Counted from the first letter of the stretch, positions 24,050 through 38,423 are shown. The stretch: DNA of 64,000 nucleotides from Octopus sinensis (GCF_006345805.1 NC_042999.1:72416001-72480000), one strand, 5' to 3'. Made by a program: numbers and translations. Notes: a model not told the origin generated them from the sequence alone.

Positions 24050-25222
24050 AAAGTAGAAGTAAACACTACAAAAAAGGAACCCGAAATCATAGAGTACCTA
24101 AAGCAAGGGATCTTCGCTAGGTCACAAAGAATTTATTGTTATGAAATGTGAAACAGTTCTTTAATCGAAACAAAAAGTCCGGTTCCACCCCTAAAACGAT
24201 GTCATAAACAGAAATGAATTCAAGACCAACACCAAAAGAAGTGAAATATTTGGGTGTGGAGTATTATGAGCGTACGGATTATCACAGGAGAGAATGTTCA
24301 AAAACAGTGGTAAACGAAACTATCATAAAATATTTACCAAATATTGAACTATCATAAAATATCTACTAAAAAATCTCATATCTAGTAAACAATAAAATAA
24401 AGCAAAGGAAAATAGCTACCAGACCTGCTCAAAACAAAGTTCTGTCCTTTGATATCGTAAAAACCAATAAATATGACAGGCACTGAGGTAACACACAATT
24501 ATGAAGATGATAGACTAACAACAACACAAACTATTAGGAAAATAAAAGAAGACTAGAAATGTCGTGAAAGGGCGTTTATAAGAAAAAAAACCCTACATGA
24601 CAAATACTTGGTAAGACAAAGCTAAACGGATCTAACTAAAGAAAAGATCTAATCTCTAAATAAGAAGCGTAAGACTCAAAAGTGATACCGAAGGGCGAGA
24701 CACAAGACCAAAAGAAAAACTACTACAGACATATTATGAAGCAGAACAGTAAACAGTAGATTATGTAGAGGCTATGAAGGAACATTCTGTGATTTAGTTT
24801 TGAATTGTCCTGTCTTAGCCAAAACGAATGGTGTAAATACAAGTAATAGAATTAGAGTTTTCATACACTGGAAACTTGGAAAATATATCAGCATTATGGA
24901 ATATACTCAGAAACGAGACAAACACAAATCACAAACGCTATCAAGAAATTATTTGACCATTCACACAGACCGAGTGATAAAGTTGAATATGTAAGCTATT
25001 ATTGTCAAAAACGCTCAGGAAAACAAGTTTCTCCAAATAAATGATTATATCAATTCCATCAGAGAGCAATATATTTCTAAAAGAAGAAAGAAAAGCACTA
25101 TCCGTCTATTAGCTGAAACAATCTCCATAACAACAGATACCTTGGGAATGACCGGGAAAAGCAGATAAATATATAACCAATACTCCAGAACTTATACAAA
25201 ACATACAAAAATAGTATTGCAG
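23570..25222 (+). mobile_element. heavily decayed R4/Dong-type LINE 3' half
   Basis: Remnants align by eye to family A: CCCTACATGACAAATACTTGG, GACTCAAAAGTGATACCGAAGGG..CACAAGACCAAA, CPVLAK...IHWKL (ORF 24800) and CACACAGACCGAGTGATAAAG. The left boundary is uncertain. Confidence 0.5.
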
Positions 25223-25224
25223 AT

Positions 25225-25608
25225 AGGTAAGTAGCTTGCTTACCAACCACATGGTTCCGGGTTCAGTCCCACTGCGTGGCACCTTGGGCAAGTGTCTTCT
25301 ACTGTAGCCTCGGGCCAACCAAAGCCTTGTGAGTGGATTTGGTAGACGGAAACTGAAAGAAGCCTGTCGTATATATGTATGTATATATATATGTGTGTGT
25401 GTGTGTTTGTGTGTCTGTGTTTGTCCACCTAGCATTGCTTGACAACCGATGCTGGTATGTTTACGTCCCCGTCACTTAGCGGTTCGGCAAAAGAGACCGA
25501 TAGAATAAGTACTGGGCTTACAAAGAATAAGTCCTGGGGTCGATTTGCTCGACTAAAGGCGGTGCTCCAGCATGGCCGCAGTCAAATGACTGAAACAAGT
25601 AAAAGAGT
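25225..25608 (+). mobile_element. SINE family 1
   Basis: GGTAAGTAGCTTGCTTACCAACCACATGGTTCCGGGTTCAGTCCCACTGCGTGG...GACTGAAACAAGTAAAAGAGTA. Confidence 0.88.
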
Positions 25609-26181
25609 ATATTATATGGAGTACTCCTATAGCACCACCACTTCGCTCAAGGATTCGTTTCGTAGAGTCTACACTGTTACAGACTTCAGGGTCAGTTTGT
25701 AGTTACCTTCTTCCTTTCCACTAATCTCGAAGGATCTGAGCAGATCATATGTGCACCCTTTTCTCTTCAATTAACTTAAAACACAAAAACAAAACTAAAC
25801 ACTGCACGTACCCAAATCACAAAGATCCCCACCACAACTCCCAGTTTTGCGGTAAAAGCATGCGATAACAATAAAATATTTGAAATAAGGGGTGGGTTTA
25901 CTCAGGTTCAAGCCAATAATTACTGCTACTTTCTGCACCTACTACTTCCCCTCTTTGTGATCCCAAACTCATTAAGGATTCACACCCCTCCAACTCCTTC
26001 CCTCTTTATCTCAACATCCAACCTCCTCATTCCATATCGAGTAAAAAACGGTATGGACTTTTTGTTTTTGCTTTGGTGTCTCGCTCAGCTGTATACGAAT
26101 ATGAGGATTTGCATCCCCACCGAAAATCGTCTTTTTCCCAAACTTATAATGTAATACATGTCCTTGGTGTGGTAATTGTGC

Positions 26182-26268
26182 GCGGCTGATGAAGGCTATT
26201 GACATACATATTACATCAATTATGCATTGATATAAACTGTCTAAAAAGGCCAGAAACATATGTACCGC
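26182..26268 (+). ncRNA. type I hammerhead ribozyme motif with expanded stem II
   Basis: Stem I GCGG/CCGC; CUGAUGA (26186-26192); A-GGC...GCC-A enclosing 52 nt that contain GACA/UGUC and AUCAAU/AUUGAU helices; GAAA (26253-26256); palindromic stem III ACAUAUGU; GUA with the cut predicted after 26264. Confidence 0.68.
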
Positions 26269-26296
26269 TAAATCCTTTGCATCCTGTTTAATTTTG

Positions 26297-26339
<43 letters not shown>

Positions 26340-26462
26340 AATTATTGTACTGTATTAATGTCTAATCTTAATGCTCTTGTGTAGTGTTTCAATAAAGTAT
26401 ATGATTCGGTATTATCTGATAGTTGATGAATGATTTAGATATATTTCTCCATTTTCTCATTT

Positions 26463-26506
<44 letters not shown>

Positions 26507-27305
26507 ACGGGCTTCCACTCACTTTCCGTCTTCCACATTCACTCATAAAGCAGTGGTCGGCCTGGAGCTTTAATTGAAGATACTCGTCCAAAGTGCTGCG
26601 TAGAGAGACAGAACCGGAAACCATGTGGCTCCTAAGCGGGTTGATGGAGTCGTTAGAGTGTCTGACTGAATCCGTTGTGGTATTCATTCTTGATTTCTTC
26701 GCACTGAGTTCATATCTAATCGAAGTCAATTTTGCCTTTAATCCTCCTGGATCCTCTTGGAACCGATCATATCGCATCGGTGAAGACTCGCTGAACACCA
26801 GTTACAGTATCTATTTAACTATGGAGTATATGTTTGCGATATGTATGCGTGTGAGTGAGAGTGTGTCAGTAACCGTTTCCGACAGAGAGAGAAACAGAAA
26901 TGTCTACCGCAGTACTTCACTGGTGATGTATTCATCGACCCCAGGAGGATGAAAGGCAAAGCTGATCGAGATGAAATATAGACTTAAGGTGCAGAAGACC
27001 TAAAGGATTATTATAACGCCTCCGGCAATCCACCCACCTGAAGTACATATGTATATGTGTGTGTTTGTGTATGTGTGCGTCTGCGTGGGTCAGTGTATGT
27101 GATTTTGTGTGCATATATGTGTGTGTATGTTTGTGTGTGTGTGTGTGTATGCGCTTACATTTTTGTGTATGTGTTTTGAGATATACATATATATGTGCAT
27201 ATATATGTGCATATATATGTGTGTGTGTGCGTGTGTGTAATCTTTAATATGTATATGTGTGCGTGTATATTAGATAGACCGATAGATAGATAGATAGATA
27301 GATAG

Positions 27306-27373
<68 letters not shown>

Positions 27374-27733
27374 CACGCACGCACATATACATTTATGTAT
27401 ACGTATATATCAACAATTAAAAGCTAGGAAACTTGACTTGTTGACTTGGCAGTTAATTGTCATCCGGATATTGAGTGGAAATGACATCAAGGGTGACAAC
27501 TTTGCCCTCAATATCAAATATCTTGATGCGAGCCATGGCTTGTCGTAATTAAAGCCAAGAAATTAATTAAACATTCTTTTCGTGGGATTTGCTCATTTAC
27601 TACTGAGTGTCAATAGTTTATTAAAAACTGTAGAGATACATAAATACACACACGCATACAAACACACACACACACACACACATATACATATATATATATA
27701 TACATATATATATATACATACATATATATATAT

Positions 27734-27767
<34 letters not shown>

Positions 27768-27858
27768 GATGCCAAGGATTCAGCGGTACATTTACTCCAC
27801 CACCTACACCACCAAACGGTATACACAGGTGCTTATAATTATCAAGTACTCACCCCGA

Positions 27859-27897
<39 letters not shown>

Positions 27898-27899
27898 TG

Positions 27900-29122
27900 A
27901 AATTTATAGAAAAACAAAAGACGAAGACAGGCGTATGAACAAGCAAGTGTATTAGTTTGACGCTCGGGAAAAATGGAAAAGTCTTTTACGTTTCAAGCCT
28001 AGGCTTTTCAACAGAAAGGAATAAGGGAAAATAAACTGAGAGACAATGAAACAAAACTTGACTGGAAAAAAAGAAGTTGAAAGAAAGGGAGATAATAATA
28101 AAACAATAGGAGTTGAATGAAAGGGAAGTAATAAAGTGCTAGTGATCCCAACAACAGAAAGTGCGCATGCGTATGTGTGTCTGTGAGAATGATGTGTGTC
28201 AGTGTGTAAGTGTGTATGTGTGTGTGTGTGTGAACAGGGGCGAGTGAATCTGACGTGTATGAGTGTGTACGTGTGTGTGCGCGTGTGTGCGCGTGTGTGT
28301 TGTGTGTAGCAGTTGATGTGTACTTTTTCACGTGCTGTGTGCACATGTGTGTGTATGTGTGTGTATGTATGTATATGTGTGTGCCTGTGTCTGTGACCAA
28401 ACTGTGTGCATGTGTATGTTGCATATATGTAGGCGAAAATTATCTTTGTCTACGTATGTTGCGTGTGTTAATGCGTGTTGCGTGTGTATGTATATATATA
28501 GCCTATTTGTTATGTGCATGTTTTGGTGTGGGAGTGTGCATGATGGTGTGTGGTGTGTGTACTGAGTTAAACAGTGTGTGTAGCTGTTCATATAGTGGTA
28601 TGTGTGGTGACGCTATTGAAGATTCTGCGTGGGTGTGTGGATGATGGTGTATGATGTGGGTGCTGAGTACTTATCAGTGCTAGTGTATGTGGAGTGGTGT
28701 TTGGTCGGTATCAAATGAAGAGAAGAGATGGGTTTGTGTCAGATGAAGAGAGGAGGTGATTTAAGTCCATGTGACGCAAAGGAACAGAGAGAAGAAAATT
28801 AATTGCTGTTCACAACGAAGGCAGGAGTCGGCAAGGTGATCTGCAAAGACAGTCCGAACACAGACATGTAGTGAATGACCGGTAGGGCGGAAATGGCGCG
28901 AGACCGGGTGTCATTGCCGAGTATGATGTCTCGGAGATGCTCCACGAACCTATCAGTCAAGCGGCGTCCCATTTGACCAATGTACAGGGACGGACAGAGA
29001 CAGCAGGAGATGCAGTAAATGACGTTACTAGAATTGCAGGTAAAGGAGTCGGTGATGTGATAGGGACGATGATGGGTGCCTGTGAGGATGGTGGTGTTGG
29101 AGAGGTAGGGGCAGATATATGG
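27900..29122 (-). mobile_element. 3' end of a Penelope-like element (GIY-YIG remnant, CA-rich tract, terminal repeat)
   Basis: 28799-29122 reads ICPYLSNTT...FTCNSSNVIYCISCCLCPSLYIGQMGRRLTDRFVEHLRDI (GIY-YIG). Downstream on the minus strand are ~550 nt of degenerate (CA)n and a hammerhead-like motif. The 5' side is cut by a SINE3 at 29124. Confidence 0.75.
27983..28018 (-). ncRNA. minimal hammerhead-like motif with variant core CUGUUGA
   Basis: Minus strand reads CUUU-CUGUUGA-A-AAGC CUAG GCUU-GAAA-CG-UA-AAAG. Stem I has 4 bp, stem III is the palindrome ACGU, the triplet is GUA, and there is an A6-to-U change. Confidence 0.55.
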
Positions 29123-29123
29123 T

Positions 29124-29451
29124 GGTGACCCCCTTCGGTCAGACACTGACCATGGGTTTGCAACTAGAGAGTTACCCTCTGAGGCACAAGTCTGGGCAAG
29201 GTTGTTTTATGGAAGACCAGCAGTCGCCCATGCATACCGGCCTCCCCTCTCCACGTCACCGATGTTGTCCAAGGGAAAGGCAAGGGCCGATACAGCTTGG
29301 CACCTGTGACGTCGCAACTCATTTCTACAGCTGAGTGAACTGGAGCAACGTGAAATAAAGTGTCTTGCTCAAGAACACAACGCGCAACCCCGTCCGGGAT
29401 TCGAGCTCACAACCTCACGATCGTAAGCTCGACGCTCTAACCACTGAGCCA
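29124..29451 (-). mobile_element. tRNA-derived SINE family 3
   Basis: Close match to 692-1031; head GGCTCAGTGGTTAGAGCGTCGAGC...GAGCTCGAATCCCGG. Confidence 0.85.
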
Positions 29452-30119
29452 CACATACAGAATAACTACATATAATGTTCCAATCCCTCTGCCTCTACCT
29501 CTCTCTTCTCTCCCCACCTGACCGGTGTTCGACCTTTCTTTCTTGATTCGACTACCATCCATGCAACATCTATATTCCTCTTTGTGCCTGTCAATTCTTA
29601 TGTCCCTGTCGTAAAGCTTTACTTCCACACACGCCAGCTTAATTTAATTCGTCCTTCGTCGAAAGACACCTATTGTTATGTCTTGTTATTTGTATTTGTA
29701 TTTGTGCAACATTTCTCTGTTTTTTTCGTCCTTGTTTTCGTATGCATTTGCTGATTTCTTCCAAGGAATCTAATGCTCTAAGCTTAATTTTTTCTTGGGA
29801 CTGGCCAGACTGGAGCAATCTCGAGTATAACCAGCCGAAATTGCAAAGATAATTTGGAACTCAACTGGGGAAAGAAAACTCCGAATGACTCGTCCTTGTT
29901 TTCTTTGTATCGTCTATCTGGATGTTTTGCGTTCTTGTCCCATTTTTGTATTTTATATATATATGTGTGTGTGTGTGTGTATATACATATACGTACACAT
30001 CTATGCATACATATACGTGCATAAACATATATACATATACATGCATACACATATGAATACAAGCGTATCTAAACATACGTATATACGCATATATATATGT
30101 ATGTATGCATACATATATA

Positions 30120-30335
30120 CAAAATACAACTTTACTCCTTGGAGCAAAGGTGCGAGAGTTGTGCAATAATCAACATATGGAAAACTCTAGAACGACTAGT
30201 ACCTAATTTTGGCATCGAGTGTTATACAAATGCCAGAACTGGTCGCCATTGTATAATGCTAAAGGTACCATCCACCCCATCTAAATTCAGGACCAGTTGC
30301 TACAATAGTCTAGGGTTCAAAGGCCAACAGCTGAG
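30120..30335 (+). mobile_element. CR1/L2-group LINE ORF2 C-terminal remnant
   Basis: LYSLEQRCESCAIINIWKTLERLVPNFGI...RTGRHC...NSLGFKGQQL resembles the LYSLERRRERY.IIY.WKIL.G.VPN motif. Confidence 0.6.
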
Positions 30336-30454
30336 ACAAAGGCTCATACAAGAGTAATGTGAAATAACCCAGACAAAGGAAATCAGAAGGACCACGGTGA
30401 TGCTCCAGCATGACCGCAGGCACATGGCTGAAACGAGTAAATGACTAAAAAAGT

Positions 30455-30780
<326 letters not shown>

Positions 30781-31283
30781 GAATGTCAATTAAATCTAAA
30801 GTTGGGAATGTTTGCGTTCTTCCCCCGGGATTTCTACTCCAATGATAGTATAAAAACGGTGACTGAAGAATCATTTTACTGGAATAGCTATAAAAGTTGG
30901 TTTTCAAAGCTTCATGCTTCAGCTGAGTTTCTATAATCGTTTATCAGATATTTAATATCTATATATCTATGCCTGGGTTTATTCATACCTAAAATAAATA
31001 CACATCACATGAATTCATTCTGTTTTTCATAAATTGCTTTCAGAATTGTTGCATCGAAGCAATTATGGTGGTTTGGGATGAGTTTTTTTATAAAAATGCA
31101 CAAAAAGAAATGTATTGAAAAATTTAGCAATTAAATATTATATAGCCTTTATAAACTTCTGTTTGAAATAATGTGAACCCTATGAAATTTTTAGGATGCT
31201 TGGATGGAAAGTTTTCCCCTAATACTTGAATCATACTTACATGCATTTGTTTTTATACAATAAGATAGGAGTAATATGTAAAC

Positions 31284-31317
<34 letters not shown>

Positions 31318-32791
31318 CGCTGCGTATTTTTGTTCAGTGGTCTTGGATGTCATTAATAGGGGATCTGAAAATGATGCGAAGAATGAGGGAATGTATCCTT
31401 AAATCGGAGACCTGGCAAGAATTCTTGCAATAAAATAGATTCTGCTAAATGTACCTACATAGAAGTGGGAAACTGTATTATTTTTTTTACTTTATTTAGA
31501 AAAAGAAAATATTCGTATTTAACAAATTTACAAGACACAAATATTGGCTATTCAAAAACCACACAGAAACTGCTAATTTCACTTGAACATCTAACATTTG
31601 GCATCAAAGTTTTCGACGCACCAACTGTGTCCTGTTCATTGACACATTTGCATGGCAATTCAGTGTAGTAATTGTAGTGGTATCCTTCTAGTTGGAGTAA
31701 AGCTGTATCAGTGACCAGGTGGCAGTTAGTGCGACGAAAATTTTGACACCTATTATGAAATGTTTAAGCAAAGTTAACAGCCTTTGTGTGTTTTTGAATG
31801 GCAAATATATGTCTTGCACGCTGCAAATGTTTTAGTTTCAACACACGGTCACAGATCAAAAAGCAAGTTGGACATGATCTGTTATAATGAGCGAGCAAAT
31901 GCCAGTTGCAGATACTACAAGAGATATTAACAGCACCGCTGGAGCGAGAGTCAGTTGATCTGTAAGATCTACTTTTAAATAGTTCTATAATCATCGGACC
32001 AATTGCAGCCTGTAACAGTTCGAAATAGCGAACATAGATATGTTCACCAATAGCAAAATCAGAAGCACTTTAAGTTCGTGACCTCTCAAGAATGGAATTC
32101 TTCGCTATTTCTGTTATCTTTTTTCAAAGAGTTCCATGCAAGTTCTATGCATTAACCACGACGGATGACGAAGCATCAGTTTTCATGCTCTGTGTTTCTA
32201 TTTTTCAATGATTTATTGTTGTTGCTTCTTGGAGTTGGGTTGGGTTGGGTTGGTTGGTTGCATCTCTATTTTCTATGATTATTCACCAAATTATGCACAG
32301 CTTTCTGATATGGATAAATGGATATTGTTTTTCGTTACGAGATCAATTTTTAAATGGTGACCATTCGGGATCAAGACCGAATTTCTCCTGCACATTTTTT
32401 TACACAAAGTGAAACAATTTTAGAGGGTGAGACGGAAGAATATTCAGCTTTCGAATTTTTCTTCTCGGAGCCAGAAGAAATTTTTGAAGACAAAGTTTTT
32501 ATCTGAGCGTAGTTAAAACTAAAAAATATAATTATTACTAATGCAAGGGTAGATAAAGAGTAATTGAATGACAGTGTGAGATTTGTATTGTAAACAAGTT
32601 CTGTATGATCGAAGAAAAAGCAATAACTATAGAGTTTGTCTGGTGACTTTAAATCAAGACGAAGACAAACTCAATTTATATGTAAATATAAATAGTTTCT
32701 TAGAGATAGATATAAATGCAAATTATGATAAGCATTTGTTATTGAGGATACGATAATAAAATTATGCCATTTCATCATCATACTTAATGTA

Positions 32792-33785
32792 CGAAGTGGT
32801 AGCAAAAAGTTCCAGGACTAGTTATGTCTAATAAAAAAAATAACTTATTTACATCAGTTTTTACATCATCTCCTTCGGAATAGTCACATTGCGCAGCAAT
32901 TGAAAAGTCCCAGCGTTTCTACCGCTTTTGGAATCTGGCTTGGAAGTCGTTCTCCGTAAACGAGTCGAGGATCTCCTGCGATTCACTCTGTGTCTCGACA
33001 ACGGTGTCAAAACGATAACCTTTGAACGGCATTTTCATCTTGGGGAAGAGATGGAAATCCGCAGGTGCTAAATCTGGCGAATAAGACGGGTTCGGAAGTG
33101 ATACCATGTTGATTTTGGCGAGAAACTCACGAGCGAGGAGAGCTCGGTGATAGGGTGTATTGTCATTGTGAAGAATCCAATTTTTACAGACTTCGATGCA
33201 ATGTTCTTTCAACTGTGGTCAGCAGGCGGGGGACAAACTTGGCAGAGACAGGCTGCATGTTCAATTCAGACATTAGGATTATCTGCACGGACCTATACGA
33301 CAGACCAACAATATCAGCAATGTCGTTGATTGTCCTTCGACGATCCCCGTGCACAAGCGGATGAATTTTATCTACATATCCTGGGGTGACGCTCATGGTA
33401 GGTATTCCAGATCGTTCATCGTCTTCCAAGGACGTTCTTCCGCATTTCAAGCACCCGTGTCACTCAAAATATTGCGTACGACCCATTGCCTTGTTGTTGT
33501 AAGCTTGCAGAAGCATGCTCAATGTCTCTGCAGCAAACTTCCCAAGTTTAATGCAAAATTTCACGTTGGCTCTTTGTTCCAACCTGTCCATGACAAAATT
33601 ACAGACTACAGCATACACGTGATCACAAAAACACAAATTTCACAACTTGCGAAGAGAACACAACGATGTCACTCGGCACACTGCCTCATGAAGGTCACTG
33701 CTAGTTGTCACTGTACACGCAACCGTGTGCTGCCATCTATTGAGGAGCTATAGGACTAGTCCGGGAACTTTTTGATACCACCTCG
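32792..33785 (-). mobile_element. mariner element with both TIRs, TA TSD and an internal deletion
   Basis: TIRs CGAAGTGGTAGCAAAAAGTTCCAGGACTAGT and ACTAGTCCGGGAACTTTTTGATACCACCTCG. TA at 32790-32791 and 33786-33787. Transposase pieces: LEDDERSGIP, SAKFVPRLLT, then WILHNDNTPYH and PSYSPDLAPADFHLFPKMK. The segment containing the first catalytic Asp is missing. Confidence 0.92.
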
Positions 33786-35379
33786 TAAATACATCGTGAT
33801 AGGGAAGATTTGCTGTAGTATTCGTCCGGAGATTGTGTCTCCTGTAGATGTACCGAGTTTAAAAACACAATATGTATATATTAGAGCGAGATGGAATTCG
33901 TCTCGGCAGCAGCGATAATTCAGTTCTGTGTGTGATGTGGAAGCTATGGTTAGATAAATTTGGATGTAGGAAGAAATGAGTATTGATAAAAATTAATGTG
34001 AAAATCAGTCACCAGATTAAAGAATATTCTAACCATTAGTGTAGAGCAGAAAAAAAATTATATTTCATGAAGAAAACGAATATATAAAAATAAATTCTGC
34101 AGACATTTTGAGATTGATGTTTTTACTTTTATTGTGACTGCAAGATGTGTGGTTATACTAGTAACGTCTATGTTTGAAATAATTTGAAGATCCTATATGT
34201 CATACAAACATTTTTTTTTCTATCCTTGCTTGATAAACAACGTAATGGAGTTGGCATTTACGTTCTAACAAGAACAAAACCACAAATAGGAAAAATAAAC
34301 AATCTGTTATAATGCGCCATCCAACTCACCTCTAGTAACAGAAGTAGCGAAAATATTCTTCACCTTTTTAAAATAAAGCTATTTCAAACAGGAAACAAAT
34401 ATTATGAAATATTTAACAAAAATTCCATCAGCATTACAGCTTTTATTTTTTACTTGTGTCATTCATTTGAATGTAGCTATGCCGGGGCACTGCCTTAAAT
34501 GGTTTCAGTTGAATGAGTCAACCCCAGTGCTTGTTTAAGCCTTGTACTTAATCTAACGGTGTCTTTTACCGAACCACAAAGTTACAGGGGCACAAACAAA
34601 CCATCACTGGTAGTTGTCAAGCGGTAGTGGAAAACAGACACAGACACAAAGGCGCACACACATACATATATATGGGCTTCTTTCAGTTTCTTTCTACCAC
34701 ATCCACTCACAAGGCTTTAGTCGACCCGTTGTTACAGTAGTAGACATTTGCCCAAGGTGCCACGCAGTGGGACTGAACCCGGAACCATATGGTCGGGAAG
34801 CAAACTAACTAGACAGGCAAGACTTTGCATAAAGCCTCTGTAACTAAAACAAGCCTAAAATTAATCGGACTGCACTTAACTCCATCCCCGTTAGCTGTAA
34901 TTGTATTAGCCTAAATATCATAAGAAATTATTGAATGTTTGGTAGGAGTGAGAAGAGAACGAGCTAATATGACAGCTGGAATATTATTCTATAACAGTAG
35001 GGGAAATCTTAATTTTGTTTACAATATATTTTTTGGAGCTCCACTATGATGAAAAGAAAAAAATAAAAGAAAATAAGAAAAAGTAATTGGAAAGATGATA
35101 AGGAATGGTGTATAGGGAATAATATTAATAAATAGGAAACAATGAAATAAATCCTGTAAGAACCGTTGAAATAAATTAGCCTATTTCCTCTTTCCTTTTA
35201 GCTGTGGAGAAATTAGTTAGACTTGTTTACCTTTCGATTCGCTCATCCACTGATTCGGTATTCTTCATCTGTCTTTATCTGTCTTTAACTTAACACTGTA
35301 CCTTTAATATTAATCCTATTGTTAAAATTATATATATATACATAGATACGTACATACATACATATTCAATATTCAAAAG

Positions 35380-35990
35380 TACTATGGAAGATTGACACAC
35401 AAAATTGGCTTGCTATAGCACGGACGAATCTAGAAGCCAAGAATGAAACTACCGAATTGACAGAAAAATACAGGCTCATTGTTTGCCTAAACATCATGTA
35501 CAAATTGTACACAAGCTGCCTCAATCAATTCCTCCATGATCATTGTGAGTCCAACGACATAGTAACTGATTAGCAGACCGCCGGTGGAATGAACGGTGTG
35601 TGTAGATGTATCGAACAGCTTTTGATAAACAAAGTTGTACTGTCTGAGGTGAGAAAAATCATTCCAAAAGCCTTAGAACAGTATAGCTTGATTATAGGAA
35701 GGCATTTGATTCTATTCCCCACCCATGGCTGCAAAAGTACCTGCTTACCTTAATTGCTGTCATTTAGAGGCTCACAAAGACCTGGACAACAATCCTCACA
35801 CTTGGGACAGAGAGTGGAACGATCGTCTCCAGTGCCATAAATATTTCAATGGGATTATTCCAGGGAGATAGTATCTGTACTTTTGTCCATTTTGGTGTTA
35901 AACCCATTATCATCCCTGCTGCAAAGGACAAACAACTACATGCTAGGTTCTGCAACTGCAAGAGGTATTAATGTAATCCATAATTTGTGA
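35380..35990 (+). mobile_element. R4/Dong-type RT remnant, family E
   Basis: YRLIVCLNIMYKLYTSCL, RCIEQLLINKVVL, LDYRKAFDSIPHPWL, and a decayed GI.QGDS...LVLNPLSSLL. Confidence 0.7.
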
Positions 35991-36961
35991 ATGGCATCAA
36001 TATTTATACTAAAACTGTTAACAATACCAAATAACAGCTGGATCCAGACAGAGATCCAGACATGCATAATTTACATGCGTACATGCATATACATGGGCAG
36101 GATTTACACACAGATGCTCACCTGCAAACATTTAAACACACGCGCATACACATTTCATACATCCACACACGATTTATTCACATATTCACATATACACATA
36201 CAATATTTACACCCAGACACATAAACAAGCGTACACAGACATATACATAATTTACATACAGTAACATACATACTCGTTTTTCCCTTTTTCAAACATACAT
36301 ACAGAAACTTCAAGACTGGTGAGAAGGAGTAAAGGAGGAATATATTCTCAAACTGAATTCCCGACCTGAATGTTTACTACCGGCACCTAAGGTTCCTAGC
36401 TGGTGGTGTTAAACTGGTTGACATTAAGTTTATCACATGCATGTACAGTGAACATATGAATTCATACACAGAGAGTCGGTTATACGAAAAATCCCCGTCG
36501 AATGTATATGGAAGTAGAAAATCAGATAAGCACAAGTAGGCTTCATGGGTATATTTACATGAAATAGAAAAATACAGGATACGGAATATAGAATACAAAA
36601 AATAAAAGAAGTCATGTAATAGTTTTATCTTGATAGTTGTTTCGGGTGAGTCATGGCTTGTGCCCTAGCCATGTCCATGGCATAACAAACACCCCAAATG
36701 CCGTAGATGTATAGACTAACACAAGTTCATTAGAATCCTTTAGACAAGGCCAGGTCCCTCTCATCAGAAGAATGTTGCAAACGGTCTTTTTATCACATTT
36801 TTCATAAGACTATTGCATTGTCTTTTATCTTTGTACTCTGTATCTTGTATTCCGAGTAAATATATTCATTAAACCTCCTACTTGTATTTACCTTTATACC
36901 TTTGTATATATAAATGCGTACATATGTGTGTGTGTAAGTGTGTGTATATACACATATAGAT

Positions 36962-37015
<54 letters not shown>

Positions 37016-37098
37016 TACACACACATATATATATGCATAGATACAAGCATACATCTTTACATATATATATCAAATATACACAAATGTATACGCATACA

Positions 37099-37139
<41 letters not shown>

Positions 37140-37971
37140 TATACATACACACACGTATATTTATATATATATATAATATATATATATTATATATATATAT
37201 ATACGAAAATAGGTACATACATACACAGACACACACAAATATAATTACATATATATTTACAGACAGACAGACATGTATACACACACAGACGTATATACAC
37301 GCAAAAGTACATACATACATAGATACATACATACACATGTAAGCAAACAGTTATACCCACATTCCTATTGAAAATGTTATTATCGCTAATCTACTTAACT
37401 TAAAACTAGTGATCGATAAAGAAAAAAATAATGATTTTTTAGATATATATTTTTAAAACTCATTAATGTAGAAAACTCTTCAATATAGCTTTTATCTAAC
37501 AGTCATCATTATCTTTCACATCAATCAATATATGTAAACAAATTATAAATTTGCTAAATGAATTCATTTATTTGTTTCGTAAGGAAGGCATATGACGTCT
37601 GCTTTTAAGCATTTCTTTCTGTTTCTTTTTAATTTGGAGTTATCTTTCTGTTTTTTTTTGTTTTTTTTTAATTTTCTTTTTTACCTCTGAGTTTATTTAA
37701 TAGTTTCGCTAAATATTTACTCACATCATTTATGTTTTATTATTGTTTTTAATTGTTTCTAGTCATTGGACTGCGGCCATACTGGGGCACTCGCTTGAAG
37801 GCTTTCAGTCGAAGGAATAGACCTCAGTACTTATTCTATTCAATTTTTTGCCGACCCGCTATGCTACGGAGACTAAACAAATCAATACCAGTTATATCAA
37901 GCAGTGAGGGACAAACAAACACGAACACACACCTGGACATATACATGTATATGTATATACAAAACCGCCTT

Positions 37972-38010
<39 letters not shown>

Positions 38011-38423
38011 TATATATATATATACATATACTCTTTTACTCTTTACATGTTTCAGTCATTTGATTGTGGCCATGCTGGAGCACCGCCTTTAGTCGAGCAA
38101 ATCGACCACAGGACTTATTCTTTGTAAGGCTAGTACTTATTCTAACGGTCTCTTTGGACGAACCACTAAGTTACGGGGACGTAAACACACCAGCTTCGGT
38201 TGTCAAGCGATGTTGGGGGAACAAACACAGACACACAAACATATACACATAAGTACATATATACGACGAGCTTCTTTCAGTTTCCGCCTACCAAATCCAC
38301 TCACAAGGCTTTGGTAGACCCAAGGCTATAGTAGAAGACACTTGCCCAAGGTGCCACGCAGTGGACTGAACTCGGAACCATGTGGTTCTCCTATCCCTAT
38401 ATATAAATATATATATATATATA

